A DNA stretch of 64,000 nt from Terriglobales bacterium (GCA_049520095.1 JBEKQC010000017.1:2701-66700), one strand, 5' to 3'. Positions 27,746-37,104 are shown, counted from the first letter of the stretch. Translations and numbers: made by a program. The notes: generated by a model from the letters alone, not told the origin.

Positions 27746-28585
27746 CTAATAACCGCCGAACGACCCGCCGCCTCCCGTGCTCCCGCCACCAAACCCGCCA
27801 AAACCACCGCCGCCTCCACCAAAACCACCGCCGCCGAATCCTCCTCCACCAAATCCACCTCGACCACCGCCCATGTTGCTGAACAGCATGCCCCAGAGCA
27901 GTCCGGACCAGAATCCCGAACCGCCGCTCCCTCTTCCACCAGTGCCTCCACGAAATATTGCCTTCAGGATGATGAGGATGACAATGAAGATGATAATGAA
28001 GACAACAACCACCGCCGCCCCCCCACCGGCCGGCGCAGGTCGCTGACGAGGCGCGGCCAGTTGAGGTTGATTATCGAGCGTCACTCCCGCATCTTTAGCG
28101 ATGACATCGGCGATTGAGGAGGTCATCAGCGACAAACCGGCCGCATAATCACCGCTGTGCAGATATGGCACCACTTCCCGACGAAAGCCACCGACCTTGC
28201 CATCCGGAAGGATCGGTTCCAGACCATAGCCGACACTTGCTCCGAACTTGCGATCCTGCGTTGCCAGCAGGATCAGCACACCACGATCACTCCCCTTCTT
28301 CCCGATCCCCCATTTTTGATACAGATCGACTGCATAGCTAAAGACGTCTTCGCCGTCCGTGGATTTCACCGTAACCACGGCAATCTGCGCGTGCGCCTTC
28401 TGATCCACCTGCTGGCAAAGATCGTTCAACCGCGCCTGCGTAGCCGCATCCAGCACTCCGGCAAAATCATTGACGTAGTTGCTCGGGTGCAGAGAAGCAA
28501 TGGGCTCGGCTGCAACCCACACCCCCGCCCCCAGTAAGATCCAACCAATCCAGAGGATCGCCGAAACTCTAGCCAGCCGACACAT
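27746..28585 (-). CDS. TPM-domain (YgcG-like) protein with TM segment and Gly-rich tail
   Basis: Signal/TM leader, then YVNDFAGVLDAATQARLNDLCQQVDQKAHAQIAVVTV and GVLILLATQDRKFGASVGYGLE. The C-terminus is GGGFGGGG-rich. Confidence 0.85.
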   Translation of the reverse strand: MCRLARVSAILWIGWILLGAGVWVAAEPIASLHPSNYVNDFAGVLDAATQARLNDLCQQVDQKAHAQIAVVTVKSTDGEDVFSYAVDLYQKWGIGKKGSDRGVLILLATQDRKFGASVGYGLEPILPDGKVGGFRREVVPYLHSGDYAAGLSLMTSSIADVIAKDAGVTLDNQPQLAAPRQRPAPAGGGAAVVVVFIIIFIVILIILKAIFRGGTGGRGSGGSGFWSGLLWGMLFSNMGGGRGGFGGGGFGGGGFGGGGGGFGGFGGGSTGGGGSFGGY

Positions 28586-28839
28586 TCGGGAAAATTGTAC
28601 AGGAGTATTCGGGATCGAACCGCTTCATGGGCTCCGACGACGACCGCGCTAAGCTGCTCAAGTCCTTTTTACCGTATGTCTTACAAGGCGGTTACGAAAG
28701 CCGGTGCACTATCGAACACTCCCAAAACGGGACTACGGGGTCAACCTACTTAACGAACTTGGCGTTAACGTAGTTGATGTACGGCGCTCAGCCCGTTCAC
28801 GGCCGAGCGGTACCTACTCCCCGCGAGAAGGCAGAGGCT

Positions 28840-30288
28840 ATGCACAATACAAATGTCCCGGCATTACGGCGCAGCTCGAGAGTGCCGATCAACGTCTCGG
28901 TACTTGTTACCAGCTTAGCGCCGGGAGCCCAGTTCTCCGAAGTCTGCCAGACCGTGGTGGTTAGCGCCCATGGTTGTGCGATGCGGTCTCCGATGAAGCT
29001 GGAGGCCGGAGTTCCATTGCACTTCCACAGCCAGGAAGGTCGGGAGACGACGGCGCGCGTTGTTTACTGCCAGCCGATCGCCTCCGACCAACGAGGCTGG
29101 ACGCTGGGCGCGAGGTTTGACAGGCCGGAAAACTTCTGGGGGCTGGAGACTTGTCCTAAAGATTGGGCGCGCTTGCCGGTGCCTGCCGCGGAGAAACTCG
29201 CTCCAAGGCTCTCGTCTAACGACACCCAGACAATACCGCCGGATCAGGCTGCCGCATCTGTGAAAATCGTGCTCGACAGAATCCGAAAGCAACTCTCAGA
29301 CGAGCATCTCAAGACCGTGCTTGCAGAACTTGTTCGCCCCCTTGAGACCGAGATGAAGGACCTCAAGGAACAGCTCGCGCGAGGGGCAAAGCGGAACCGT
29401 TTTGAAGTGTCGCTGTCGCAAATTCCTCCCGAGCTCGAACAGCAGTTGGAGCTTCGTCTCAGGAAAGACTTGGGGCCACAAGTCCTGCAACAGGCGCGGG
29501 CACAGTCGCAACAGGTACTTGAAGCGGCGAAAGCGGCCATCGATCAGAAGACAAAGGAGACCCACGACGAATTCGTGCAACGGGTCACACTGGAACTACA
29601 TGCGGTTGAACAACGGGCGCAGGGCGTCTCGACGGATGTTGCCCAGAATCTGCGTGAGCACCTAAATCGTGGAGCAGGCGAGGTCCACCAGCAGGTCGTA
29701 GACGCAGGCAATCGTCTCAAGCGGCTGAGTGAGGACCTTCTACGAGCTCTAGAGCATAGCTTGGGGGAGGTACACGATGCGCGCCGCGGGGAATTGGAAC
29801 AGCTTCATGCCACAGTCGTGTCGGAATCGTCGCGCCTGCAGCAACAAATCGCTGATCTCGACCGCCGCATGGCAAAGCTGGACGAATCTGCGCGCCGCCT
29901 TGAGTCGGGCCTTGACAAACACCTGGCGCAAATGGCCAGCGACACAGTAAGCAGCGCACGCAGCCAACTGGAGAGTGCTCTGCAGGTGGCTCTGAATGAG
30001 CTGGGCACACGCAATGCCCAGGAACTTGGAAATCAACTCGATGAGGTTTGCGCAAACTTGAAGATCATCCAGAAAGGGATTGAAGCCTCGGTGTCTGAGT
30101 CGCTGAGGACCCACGTCGCTGAGACTCTGCAATCTTTCGAGCACTCTATGGAAGAATTGGCACAGCAGTCCGTGGAACAGTTGCGGGCCGCTCTCGCCGG
30201 CGGTCTGAACTCTCTCGTACGGTCTCTTGGTGAGCAATTCTGTTTACAAGCCGCGACTGACAGCAACGCCGGCCAACATCCGCAATAA
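28840..30288 (+). CDS. PilZ-like N-terminal domain fused to a long coiled-coil region
   Basis: RRSSRVPINVSVLV matches RxxxR, and VVVSAHGCAM is close to the D/NxSxxG motif. About 350 aa of heptad-like Q/E/L-rich sequence follows. ATG at 28840 is preceded by GAGG. The track start is 28774. Confidence 0.55.
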   Translation: MHNTNVPALRRSSRVPINVSVLVTSLAPGAQFSEVCQTVVVSAHGCAMRSPMKLEAGVPLHFHSQEGRETTARVVYCQPIASDQRGWTLGARFDRPENFWGLETCPKDWARLPVPAAEKLAPRLSSNDTQTIPPDQAAASVKIVLDRIRKQLSDEHLKTVLAELVRPLETEMKDLKEQLARGAKRNRFEVSLSQIPPELEQQLELRLRKDLGPQVLQQARAQSQQVLEAAKAAIDQKTKETHDEFVQRVTLELHAVEQRAQGVSTDVAQNLREHLNRGAGEVHQQVVDAGNRLKRLSEDLLRALEHSLGEVHDARRGELEQLHATVVSESSRLQQQIADLDRRMAKLDESARRLESGLDKHLAQMASDTVSSARSQLESALQVALNELGTRNAQELGNQLDEVCANLKIIQKGIEASVSESLRTHVAETLQSFEHSMEELAQQSVEQLRAALAGGLNSLVRSLGEQFCLQAATDSNAGQHPQ

Positions 30289-30449
30289 ACGGCTACATTT
30301 CAAACTCGTCCACCTAAGCGGTAACTTGCACCTGGGATGCACTCCCGTAATTTGAAAGGGTGCCCGGACGGTAGTCAAATCGGTTCACCCGACACCTTCA
30401 GAACAGTCCGCGCCGCCGAGTCTGGCCAGTGCGGAAGCGAGCAACACAC

Positions 30450-30668
30450 ATGAGATTCGTACAGCGACTCCTCGGCGAATTGTGCTCCCATCAATTTTCT
30501 TGGCCACGACTTGACGGCAATGGCCGGCATTATCAGGTCTGTCTCATCTGTGGAATTGCCTACGAATATGACTGGAAGCGGATGCGACGTATCGATCGCC
30601 TGCTAGGGACGAACGAGCAACACCCACTCGCCTTGGCGCGGACTCGGCCGCCGGGAACGGTCAATTGA
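30450..30668 (+). CDS. small Cys/His protein (possible zinc-binding)
   Basis: Reads MRFVQRLLGELCSHQFSWPRLDGNGRHYQVCLICGIAYEYDWKRM, giving a C-x-H ... CxxC arrangement. An alternative GTG start lies at 30429. Confidence 0.4.
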   Translation: MRFVQRLLGELCSHQFSWPRLDGNGRHYQVCLICGIAYEYDWKRMRRIDRLLGTNEQHPLALARTRPPGTVN

Positions 30669-30736
30669 CGGAACCATCATCGCACTAATTGTGCAGACAG
30701 GGATCCGCTGGAGCAAGCGCAGCCGCGGAGCGCTCT

Positions 30737-31738
30737 TTACTTCGCCGTCTCGCCAGCCATCTCTTCTTGCTGCTCTTCGGCCTTCTGCCAACCGGAACCA
30801 GGGTCGTATCCCTTCATGGCTTTGGCGAGAACCTCCGTCTTCTTGCCGAGATCCTTCTCATACACGACCCCACCCTTGCTAACGATGAACGTCATCACGC
30901 CAGACGACCTGTATTCCGCAGGATAAGCCACGAAAGCAAAACCGTCTGTCATTTTGCCATTCACGATGTAACTCTTGGCGCCGCCCGGGCCATTCTTGCC
31001 CTGCCCCACGAGGATGTGAAAATAGTAGCCGCGGTAAGGAGTCGGAGCGCCTTCTTGGCTCTGGGCATAACTCCCTCCAACAACCGCCGATGCCACCAGC
31101 GGTCCGATGGGACTCTGCGGTTCGCCATTGGCAGCTTTCCAATAGAGGCCATTCTGCCGCCCGTCATCGCTGAAGATCTTCTGGGCGTACTCCTTGTGCT
31201 GCGCCGAATATTCCTTTTGCGCCGCCACCAGTTCCTGGCAAACGCGGATGGCCGACAGTTCATTCCGCCCAACGCGCCTGTATAAAATTTCCTTCTTTCC
31301 CGCTTCGGTGTCGAAATACCACGCATTACCTTTGTGCGCGAGCGGTATGGGCGTCGGCCAATTATGCGCCCCGATATACAAAATCGTGGTTCCATCCGGC
31401 TCCTTCACCAGACGGTGCATTTCCTGATATCTCTGCACGAAATTAGCGCGGTTCTGCACGTCCTCCGCGTCGTCTCCGGACGAGACGATTTGCTTTCCCT
31501 CTGGTCCGAGGATTTCGAGCATCGCCTTTTCGTCGTTGTTATGCGCTGCCGTGACCAGCGCATTGCTCGCCTCTTCCGCCGATGAAAATGTTTTCTGGCC
31601 CGGTTGCTGCGCCATCGCATCCGCGGAAAAGCATATGGTCAAAAAGATCGCAACCACGGCTAATTTAAGAAGATTGGCCCCATGAAATTCATCGCAGTTC
31701 AGCTTCGTTCGGCGCATATGGCTCATCTCCATCTCCAA
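30737..31738 (-). CDS. DUF2950 family secreted protein
   Basis: Signal peptide followed by LLEILGPEGKQIVSSGD, YIGAHNWPTPIPL, WYFDTEAGKKEILYRRVGRNELSAI, GLYW, YRGYYF and DGFAFVAYPAEYRSSGVMTF, which I recognise as the DUF2950 pattern. The start is ambiguous among four nearby start candidates (TTG at 31738, then three ATGs). Confidence 0.8.
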   Translation of the reverse strand: MEMEMSHMRRTKLNCDEFHGANLLKLAVVAIFLTICFSADAMAQQPGQKTFSSAEEASNALVTAAHNNDEKAMLEILGPEGKQIVSSGDDAEDVQNRANFVQRYQEMHRLVKEPDGTTILYIGAHNWPTPIPLAHKGNAWYFDTEAGKKEILYRRVGRNELSAIRVCQELVAAQKEYSAQHKEYAQKIFSDDGRQNGLYWKAANGEPQSPIGPLVASAVVGGSYAQSQEGAPTPYRGYYFHILVGQGKNGPGGAKSYIVNGKMTDGFAFVAYPAEYRSSGVMTFIVSKGGVVYEKDLGKKTEVLAKAMKGYDPGSGWQKAEEQQEEMAGETAK

Positions 31739-31820
31739 ATTCTTTCAAGCCCCCAGGAACCTAATGAACCCTCGATCGCGATCCATGATCGCGATCAATG
31801 AGCTCAATCAATGACCTCGA

Positions 31821-32954
31821 TCAATGACGCCCGCCACCGCCACGAGATCCTCCGCCACGCGCTCCGCCGCCGCCACGGGACCCGCCCATGCTGGCGCTTC
31901 CGCGTGACGAATAGCTCTTGGCCTGTCCGCCATGGTCGTAGCCGCTGAAAGCGCCCGAGCGAGTGCCGCTCTGACCGCGAGGCGCAGCGTATCCGCGGGC
32001 CGCCTGCCGGTTTCCCTCGAATGGCCTGGCCGCAGGCCCGGTGCGGCTGTTAACTCCGCCGCGCGCCGCTCCGCCGTGGTAGAAATTGTTTCGGTTATAA
32101 AACGTCCTGCTCCCGGAGTAATAGCGGCCGTGGTTGTACATTGCGTATCGGCCACCCCAATTGAACCCCCAGTGACCCCAGCCCCACCCAAAACCGCCGT
32201 ACCAGCCGATTCCAAAGCCAAGTCCGAAACTAAGATACGGACCGCCAAACCAGATTCCGGGATATGGATACCATCCCGGCCAGGCCACGATGGGATATCC
32301 GTACACCAGCCAAGGGTTATAGGCGGGGACGTAAACCACATCGGGGTCGGCAGGCTCAATGTCGACATCCGGGCCCTGGTCCTTTACAACTTGCTGCTGC
32401 GTGCTCTTGAGATTGCCGGATGCTTCCGCTTTGTGGCGCATCACCTGCACCGCATCCATGACATCTGGTTGCTGGTTGTAGTAAGCGTCGCCGAGAGATG
32501 ACGTCCAAGACAGGTTCTTATCCATATTTCCCAGGACGGTTGGAAATCCAGTGAGCGCTTTGACGCTCGGATCCCAGGGCTGCTGGTCTACGGCCTTACC
32601 CAACGCGTCGCCCTTCAAATCAGGATTCGCCTGCACCCATCGGTCGGCTTCGACAATCTCATCTGGAAACGTAGATGCCGCCAGGATCTGCGCCACCAGC
32701 GAATCCGGATACAGCGCAATCGGTGCCACTAACCGCTGCAACTGCTCGGGAGTCTGTTGCGCGTACGGCGGCGCCTGCCCGCCCTGTGGCGGGGCCTGGT
32801 TATCCTGCGGCGGCGGGGCTTGCGCGTCTTGGTCTTGGGCCGACAGGCTCATCGGCCAGGTCGCGAGCACCAGAGCCAATGACAAGATGCAAACCAAACT
32901 CTGTTTGCCCAACCCAGACCTTGAAATCCCTGCGGCTCGTCCGAAAATGTTCAT
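31821..32954 (-). CDS. DUF3300 family secreted protein with Gly/aromatic-rich C-terminal region
   Basis: LVAPIALYPDSLVAQILAASTFPDEIVEADRW and PWDPSVKALTGFPTVL are DUF3300 hallmarks. GGAGGAGG lies 9 nt upstream of the ATG at 32954, so the 32975 extension is unlikely. Confidence 0.8.
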   Translation of the reverse strand: MNIFGRAAGISRSGLGKQSLVCILSLALVLATWPMSLSAQDQDAQAPPPQDNQAPPQGGQAPPYAQQTPEQLQRLVAPIALYPDSLVAQILAASTFPDEIVEADRWVQANPDLKGDALGKAVDQQPWDPSVKALTGFPTVLGNMDKNLSWTSSLGDAYYNQQPDVMDAVQVMRHKAEASGNLKSTQQQVVKDQGPDVDIEPADPDVVYVPAYNPWLVYGYPIVAWPGWYPYPGIWFGGPYLSFGLGFGIGWYGGFGWGWGHWGFNWGGRYAMYNHGRYYSGSRTFYNRNNFYHGGAARGGVNSRTGPAARPFEGNRQAARGYAAPRGQSGTRSGAFSGYDHGGQAKSYSSRGSASMGGSRGGGGARGGGSRGGGGRH

Positions 32955-33134
32955 GATGGTGAACCTCCTCCGCACCCTTCATCGCTTGAGGCTTCCACAT
33001 AAATTGAAGCGTTCTTACTTACTAAGGATGCGTAAAACACGATTTAGGCTGCAAATTTCGTTTTGAGATTTCCCGTTTGATGGTAAAACTACGTAAAGAC
33101 TTAAATTGCCGGCGAGTTACCGATTGTCGCGCAA

Positions 33135-33494
33135 TTAACCCCGCTTTGCAGCGCGCTTCTTCTTCGTCCCCGTATTTTTTTCCACCCTAAGCTTCCAAGC
33201 CGTGCGCAGAGCACCGGTCAGCACGTCCTCGTTCGCTTGCGCCAGCCGAATGTGCGTCATCCCCATCCGTCCCCATCCGCCATGAATGGGCAAAAAAACT
33301 TCGGGCAACTCCCGGACAAATTCCGCCTGCAACTCCGGTGTGAGCATCAAGTTGCCGTAACCTTTTGCTTGCGATGCCAGCGTAGCGAAGATCCTGCCTC
33401 CCACACGGAAGTCAGCCGCGCCCATGTGCGAGCCTTCCTCCGCCCCTTCGAAGCTCAGGGCAATCCGTCGGAAGTCTGCCGTCTTCATCGCCAT
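33135..33494 (-). CDS. MmcQ/YjbR-family protein
   Basis: Reads FRRIALSFEGAEEGSHMGAADFRVGGRIFATL...GYGNLMLTPE...GGWGRMGMTHIRL, which resembles the YjbR-like fold family. Confidence 0.7.
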   Translation of the reverse strand: MAMKTADFRRIALSFEGAEEGSHMGAADFRVGGRIFATLASQAKGYGNLMLTPELQAEFVRELPEVFLPIHGGWGRMGMTHIRLAQANEDVLTGALRTAWKLRVEKNTGTKKKRAAKRG

Positions 33495-33554
33495 GTCGCA
33501 TGCATTCTAGCCTAGATTGACGAAATAACGACCGCCCAATCCGGCCGCCTCGCT

Positions 33555-33589
33555 TTCCCCTGTCATCCTTTGTGCTCTCTGTGGTTAAG
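33555..33589. repeat. half copy of the CTCTGTGGT REP-like element
   Basis: The sequence ttcccctgtcatcctttgtgctctctgtggttaag aligns by eye (about 24/35) with the left arm of the palindrome at 8465-8499. Confidence 0.5.
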
Positions 33590-33676
33590 CCTTTTGTCGA
33601 TGATCAGCAGCCTGACGCCGGCAATCGCTCCATGATATGTTTTCTGTTCGCAGCTCAAGCTGCAGCTCAGAAGCCC

Positions 33677-34198
33677 ATGATTCGCTCCTACAAAGGCGTC
33701 ACCCCCCAATTCCCCGAAACTTGCTATATCGACGACTCCGCCCAGCTCATCGGCGACGTGATCGTAGGGGAACACTCCAGCGTCTGGATGAACGCCGTGC
33801 TCCGCGGCGACGTCCACCAGATCCGCGTTGGCCACTACTCCAACATTCAGGACAACTCCATCCTCCACGGCATGAAGGAACAATATGGCGTCTACATTGG
33901 CGACTACGTCACCGTGGGCCACAGCGCGATCCTCCACGGATGCACCGTCGAAGCTCGCTGCCTTATCGGCATGGGCGTGATCATCCTCAACGGCGCCGTC
34001 ATCGGTTCCGGCTCCATCATCGCCGCCGGCACCCTGATCCCCGAGAAGACAATCGTCGAACCAAATTCCCTCTGGATGGGCTCCCCAGGAACATTCCGCC
34101 GCCACCTGGATAAGAAAGACGAGGAAACAATCCTCCGCTACGCCGACAATTACGTGGGCTACAAGAAGTCCTACTTGATGGAGAGAAAAGTCTTCTAG
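33677..34198 (+). CDS. gamma-class carbonic anhydrase-like / left-handed beta-helix (YrdA/PaaY-like) protein
   Basis: Starts MIRSYKGVTPQFPETCYIDDSAQLIGDVIVGEHSSVWMNAVLRGD, followed by hexapeptide repeats. The ATG at 33677 is preferred, because the extension to 33572 translates the repeat. Confidence 0.85.
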   Translation: MIRSYKGVTPQFPETCYIDDSAQLIGDVIVGEHSSVWMNAVLRGDVHQIRVGHYSNIQDNSILHGMKEQYGVYIGDYVTVGHSAILHGCTVEARCLIGMGVIILNGAVIGSGSIIAAGTLIPEKTIVEPNSLWMGSPGTFRRHLDKKDEETILRYADNYVGYKKSYLMERKVF

Positions 34199-34264
34199 CT
34201 CTTGGCCATTAGCCCTTGGCTCCCGGCGCGAACAATCTCGCGCTTCAATCCGTATATTGCTAAC

Positions 34265-35518
34265 ATGCGAATCCGCGTCCTGTTCCTGCTGCTTCTCCTC
34301 TGGACAACTGTTTCGAGCAAACTCAGTTTTTGCTCTGACCTCGCCCTGGTTCACGCCAAGATTTATCCGTCGCCTGCTGACCCGCCCATCGCGGATGGCA
34401 CAATCCTGGTCCACAATGGCCGCATACGCGCCATCGGCCCGAGCACTAGGATCAAAGTGCCACGATTCGCCAAGGCGGCGACCGTTATTGAGTGCCAAGG
34501 CCTCGTCGTAACCGCCGGGTTTTGGAACAGCCACGTTCACATCTTCACTCCCGGCTTACTTCATGCCGAGAAACGTTCGTCCGACGAGATCTCTTCGCAA
34601 CTTGAACAGATGCTGACCCGGTGGGGTTTCACCACCGTGTTCGACACTGCGTCCGTCCTGGAGAACACCAATAACATCCGGCGGCGAATCGAAAAGGGAG
34701 ACGTACGTGGCCCCCGAATTCTGACAGTCGGAGAACCGTTCTATCCAAAAGGTGGAACTCCGGTCTACGTTAAGGGATTTCTCGAGGAGAACCACATAGC
34801 CTCGGCAGAGGTCCAATCCATGCCGCAGGCTTTGGAACGAGTACGTCAGCAGATCAAAGATGGCGCCGACGGAATCAAGATTTTTGCCGGCGCCATTACC
34901 GCTGAAGGTGTGCTGCCAATGCCCACGGACATAGCCAAAGCCATTGTTTCCGAAGCACACCGTGCCGGCAAACCCGTCTTTGCGCATCCGTCGAACGCGG
35001 AGGGAATCGAGGTGGCCATTCAGAGCGGCGTCGATGTGCTGGCCCACACCGCCCCCATGAGCGGCGACTGGACTCTGGCTTTTGCCGAACGGCTGAAAGC
35101 CGCTCATTTGGCCCTGATCCCCACGCTCACCCTGTTTGACGTGGAAGCCAAGAAGGCCAAAGTCTCCGCCGAGGAAAATGAGATGTGGATCAGGCAGGCA
35201 GTCCAAGAGCTGCAGGCCTACTCAGATGCAGGAGGGCAGATCCTGTTCGGAACCGACGTAGGCTACATTGACCAATTCGACACCGCCGAGGAATTCACAT
35301 TGATGTCGCGTGCCGGGATGAGTATGCAGCAGATTCTGGCGTCACTGACGACCAATCCTGTCGAGCGCTTCGGATATTCACGCCACAGTGGGCGCATCGC
35401 GAAAGGAATGGACGCCGACCTGGTCGTGTTGGATGGCGATCCGGCCACGGATATCACCGCCTTCTCTAAAGTCCACCAGGTAATCCGGCGTGGGAAGCTG
35501 ATCTATCCGGCACGCTAG
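34265..35518 (+). CDS. amidohydrolase-family metal-dependent hydrolase, secreted
   Basis: Signal peptide MRIRVLFLLLLLWTTVSS. GFWNSHVHIF supplies the HxH motif, VFAHP and VLAHT supply further His residues, and a C-terminal DADLVVLDGDP is present. Confidence 0.8.
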   Translation: MRIRVLFLLLLLWTTVSSKLSFCSDLALVHAKIYPSPADPPIADGTILVHNGRIRAIGPSTRIKVPRFAKAATVIECQGLVVTAGFWNSHVHIFTPGLLHAEKRSSDEISSQLEQMLTRWGFTTVFDTASVLENTNNIRRRIEKGDVRGPRILTVGEPFYPKGGTPVYVKGFLEENHIASAEVQSMPQALERVRQQIKDGADGIKIFAGAITAEGVLPMPTDIAKAIVSEAHRAGKPVFAHPSNAEGIEVAIQSGVDVLAHTAPMSGDWTLAFAERLKAAHLALIPTLTLFDVEAKKAKVSAEENEMWIRQAVQELQAYSDAGGQILFGTDVGYIDQFDTAEEFTLMSRAGMSMQQILASLTTNPVERFGYSRHSGRIAKGMDADLVVLDGDPATDITAFSKVHQVIRRGKLIYPAR

Positions 35519-35534
35519 CTCGGCGTATTGCAAC

Positions 35535-35981
35535 TTACCAACCTGGCACCCGATTCTTGAAGCTGGAAGCTGCGCCCAGCCCATTCATAACCGCGCCCCC
35601 AGCCAGGACGGCACGCCCTAAATTGTCGTGGTGTCTCCTGTGCAACATATAAGCGGTGGCGATTTCAGCTCCGAACAGCGCCGCTGCTGCTGCGACCAGT
35701 ACCCCAGTCGTATGCACAAAAGGACGGGCCAGCGGATCGTATTCCTCGCCGCCAGCAGAGATGTTTTCACGCGTGACGAAGCTGTCGGCGGCCTTTGCCG
35801 CTCCGTCCAGCGCGACCAGCGTGATTGTCGACGGCGTCCAGAAGCGTGAAGCGGCCAGATCTCCACGCGTTATATAAGGACGCACCGCAAAAGCGTTATG
35901 CGCCACTTGAACGCGCATCTCTTGAGCAGCGAGACTACCGGCCACCGCCGCCAGCTCCAGAATCGCCATGAGTATCTTCAT
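35535..35981 (-). CDS. hypothetical secreted or membrane protein
   Basis: MKILMAILELAAVAGSLAAQE looks like a signal peptide, and there is a hydrophobic C-terminal half. No family recognised. The track start at 36095 is probably too long. Confidence 0.4.
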   Translation of the reverse strand: MKILMAILELAAVAGSLAAQEMRVQVAHNAFAVRPYITRGDLAASRFWTPSTITLVALDGAAKAADSFVTRENISAGGEEYDPLARPFVHTTGVLVAAAAALFGAEIATAYMLHRRHHDNLGRAVLAGGAVMNGLGAASSFKNRVPGW

Positions 35982-36169
35982 TGCACAGGCGGATCGCGCA
36001 CACCGACCCTCCCATACCCATCGGAAGACAAGCGGAGGTCTTGACCCACGCAATCGAGCCTGGAAAACGGAGGTAACCGCAGTTCGGATGAACAACGCTG
36101 CTTGGACACGCCCTTCCAGTGCTGACGGCGTATTAAACTAGCCGGATCAGGCTGCGTTCCCAAACTCAC

Positions 36170-36547
36170 ATGAACACCAAACGCCCCAAGTTGCCCGTAA
36201 TCTCTGCCGAGATGAAGGCGTGGTCGGCGGCGCTGAAAGCAGAGACTGGCGACTGGCCCGGCGTCAAGATGCGGTCATTCTTCGGATTTACCGCCCTCTA
36301 CCGGCAAGACAGAATCTTCGCGCTGCTGCCGCGAACTCGTGCGATGGCAACGCCAGACTCCCTCGCCTTCAAATTGCAATCGCCAACACCGCGACTCCTG
36401 GAGCGACTGCGGAAAGATCCCCGGATTGGATCAACCCAGATGCAGAAGGCGCGCTGGTTCACCTTCGAACTCGCCACGGACGGAGATCTGCACCACGCTC
36501 TCGATTGGCTGGCCCGCGCGTACGACGCGGCAGATTCGAAAAGTTGA
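36170..36547 (+). CDS. hypothetical protein
   Basis: 125-aa ORF with an ATG start and coding-like composition. No confident family assignment. Confidence 0.45.
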   Translation: MNTKRPKLPVISAEMKAWSAALKAETGDWPGVKMRSFFGFTALYRQDRIFALLPRTRAMATPDSLAFKLQSPTPRLLERLRKDPRIGSTQMQKARWFTFELATDGDLHHALDWLARAYDAADSKS

Positions 36548-36721
36548 GATTCGCGCAGCAGCGCGACGATCCGATATACGGGGAAATTTGCTTGGTAAGA
36601 TTGCCCGGCCCGCCGCTTGGGTGGCGGCTGTGTGGGGTCGTGGGGTGTGGACCGGGCAACTCTCTAACTACTCAGGATTGCAACTTGATCATATTTGTAC
36701 TCCACAACGCTTAACTCTGCC

Positions 36722-36736
36722 TGTGACGGCCATCAC
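36722..36736. promoter_or_regulatory. CRP/FNR-type palindrome TGTGA-N6-TCAC (distal site)
   Basis: The sequence cTGTGAcggccaTCACc matches 9 of the 10 consensus positions of TGTGA-N6-TCACA. Confidence 0.4.
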
Positions 36737-36764
36737 CATTCCTCGTGATTAGGACACACCAAGC

Positions 36765-36779
36765 TGTGACAAAGATCAC
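36765..36779. promoter_or_regulatory. CRP/FNR-type palindrome TGTGA-N6-TCAC (proximal site)
   Basis: The sequence cTGTGAcaaagaTCACc has the same half-sites and flanks as the distal site. The two centres are 43 bp apart. This site is centred about 78 nt upstream of the ferredoxin ATG. Confidence 0.4.
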
Positions 36780-36849
36780 CGCCAAGGCGGACGCCACCGG
36801 CTAATCTAACAGCGAAATCGCAACACCAAACCACTCAGGAGACGCACTC

Positions 36850-37104
36850 ATGGCGTACGTAATCACCGACACCTGCATCAAGGACGAGCTTTGCGTAGAA
36901 GTCTGCCCGACCGACTGCATTCATCCCAAGAAAGACGAGCCGGAGTTTGAGGCCGCGACCCAGGTGTATGTCGACCCCGAGGGCTGCATCGATTGTGGTG
37001 CCTGCATTCCGGCGTGCACCTCGGATTCGATCTTCGTGGCCGAGGAACTGCCCGAGGACAAGAAAGAGTTTCTGGAAAAGAACGCCGCCTATTACAAGAA
37101 GTAG
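36850..37104 (+). CDS. ferredoxin (FdxA-like, Fe-S cluster binding)
   Basis: Reads MAYVITDTCIKDELCVEVCPTDCIHP....CIDCGACIPACTSDSIF, matching the Cys patterns of 7Fe/8Fe ferredoxins. SD AGGAG lies upstream. Confidence 0.9.
   Translation: MAYVITDTCIKDELCVEVCPTDCIHPKKDEPEFEAATQVYVDPEGCIDCGACIPACTSDSIFVAEELPEDKKEFLEKNAAYYKK

Noticed and set aside
28605-28670. GGTTCGATCCC-like T-arm sequence on the minus strand, suggesting a tRNA or a tRNA-derived att remnant
   Set aside because: I could not fold a cloverleaf. The T-stem pairs only 3 of 5 positions, and there is no acceptor or D arm. No integrase is nearby.
33563-34540. 325-aa ORF on the minus strand spanning two plus-strand genes
   Set aside because: It overlaps both the gamma-CA-like and the amidohydrolase genes, which have strong motifs. 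Its C-terminus (LNHREHKG) is a translated repeat arm.
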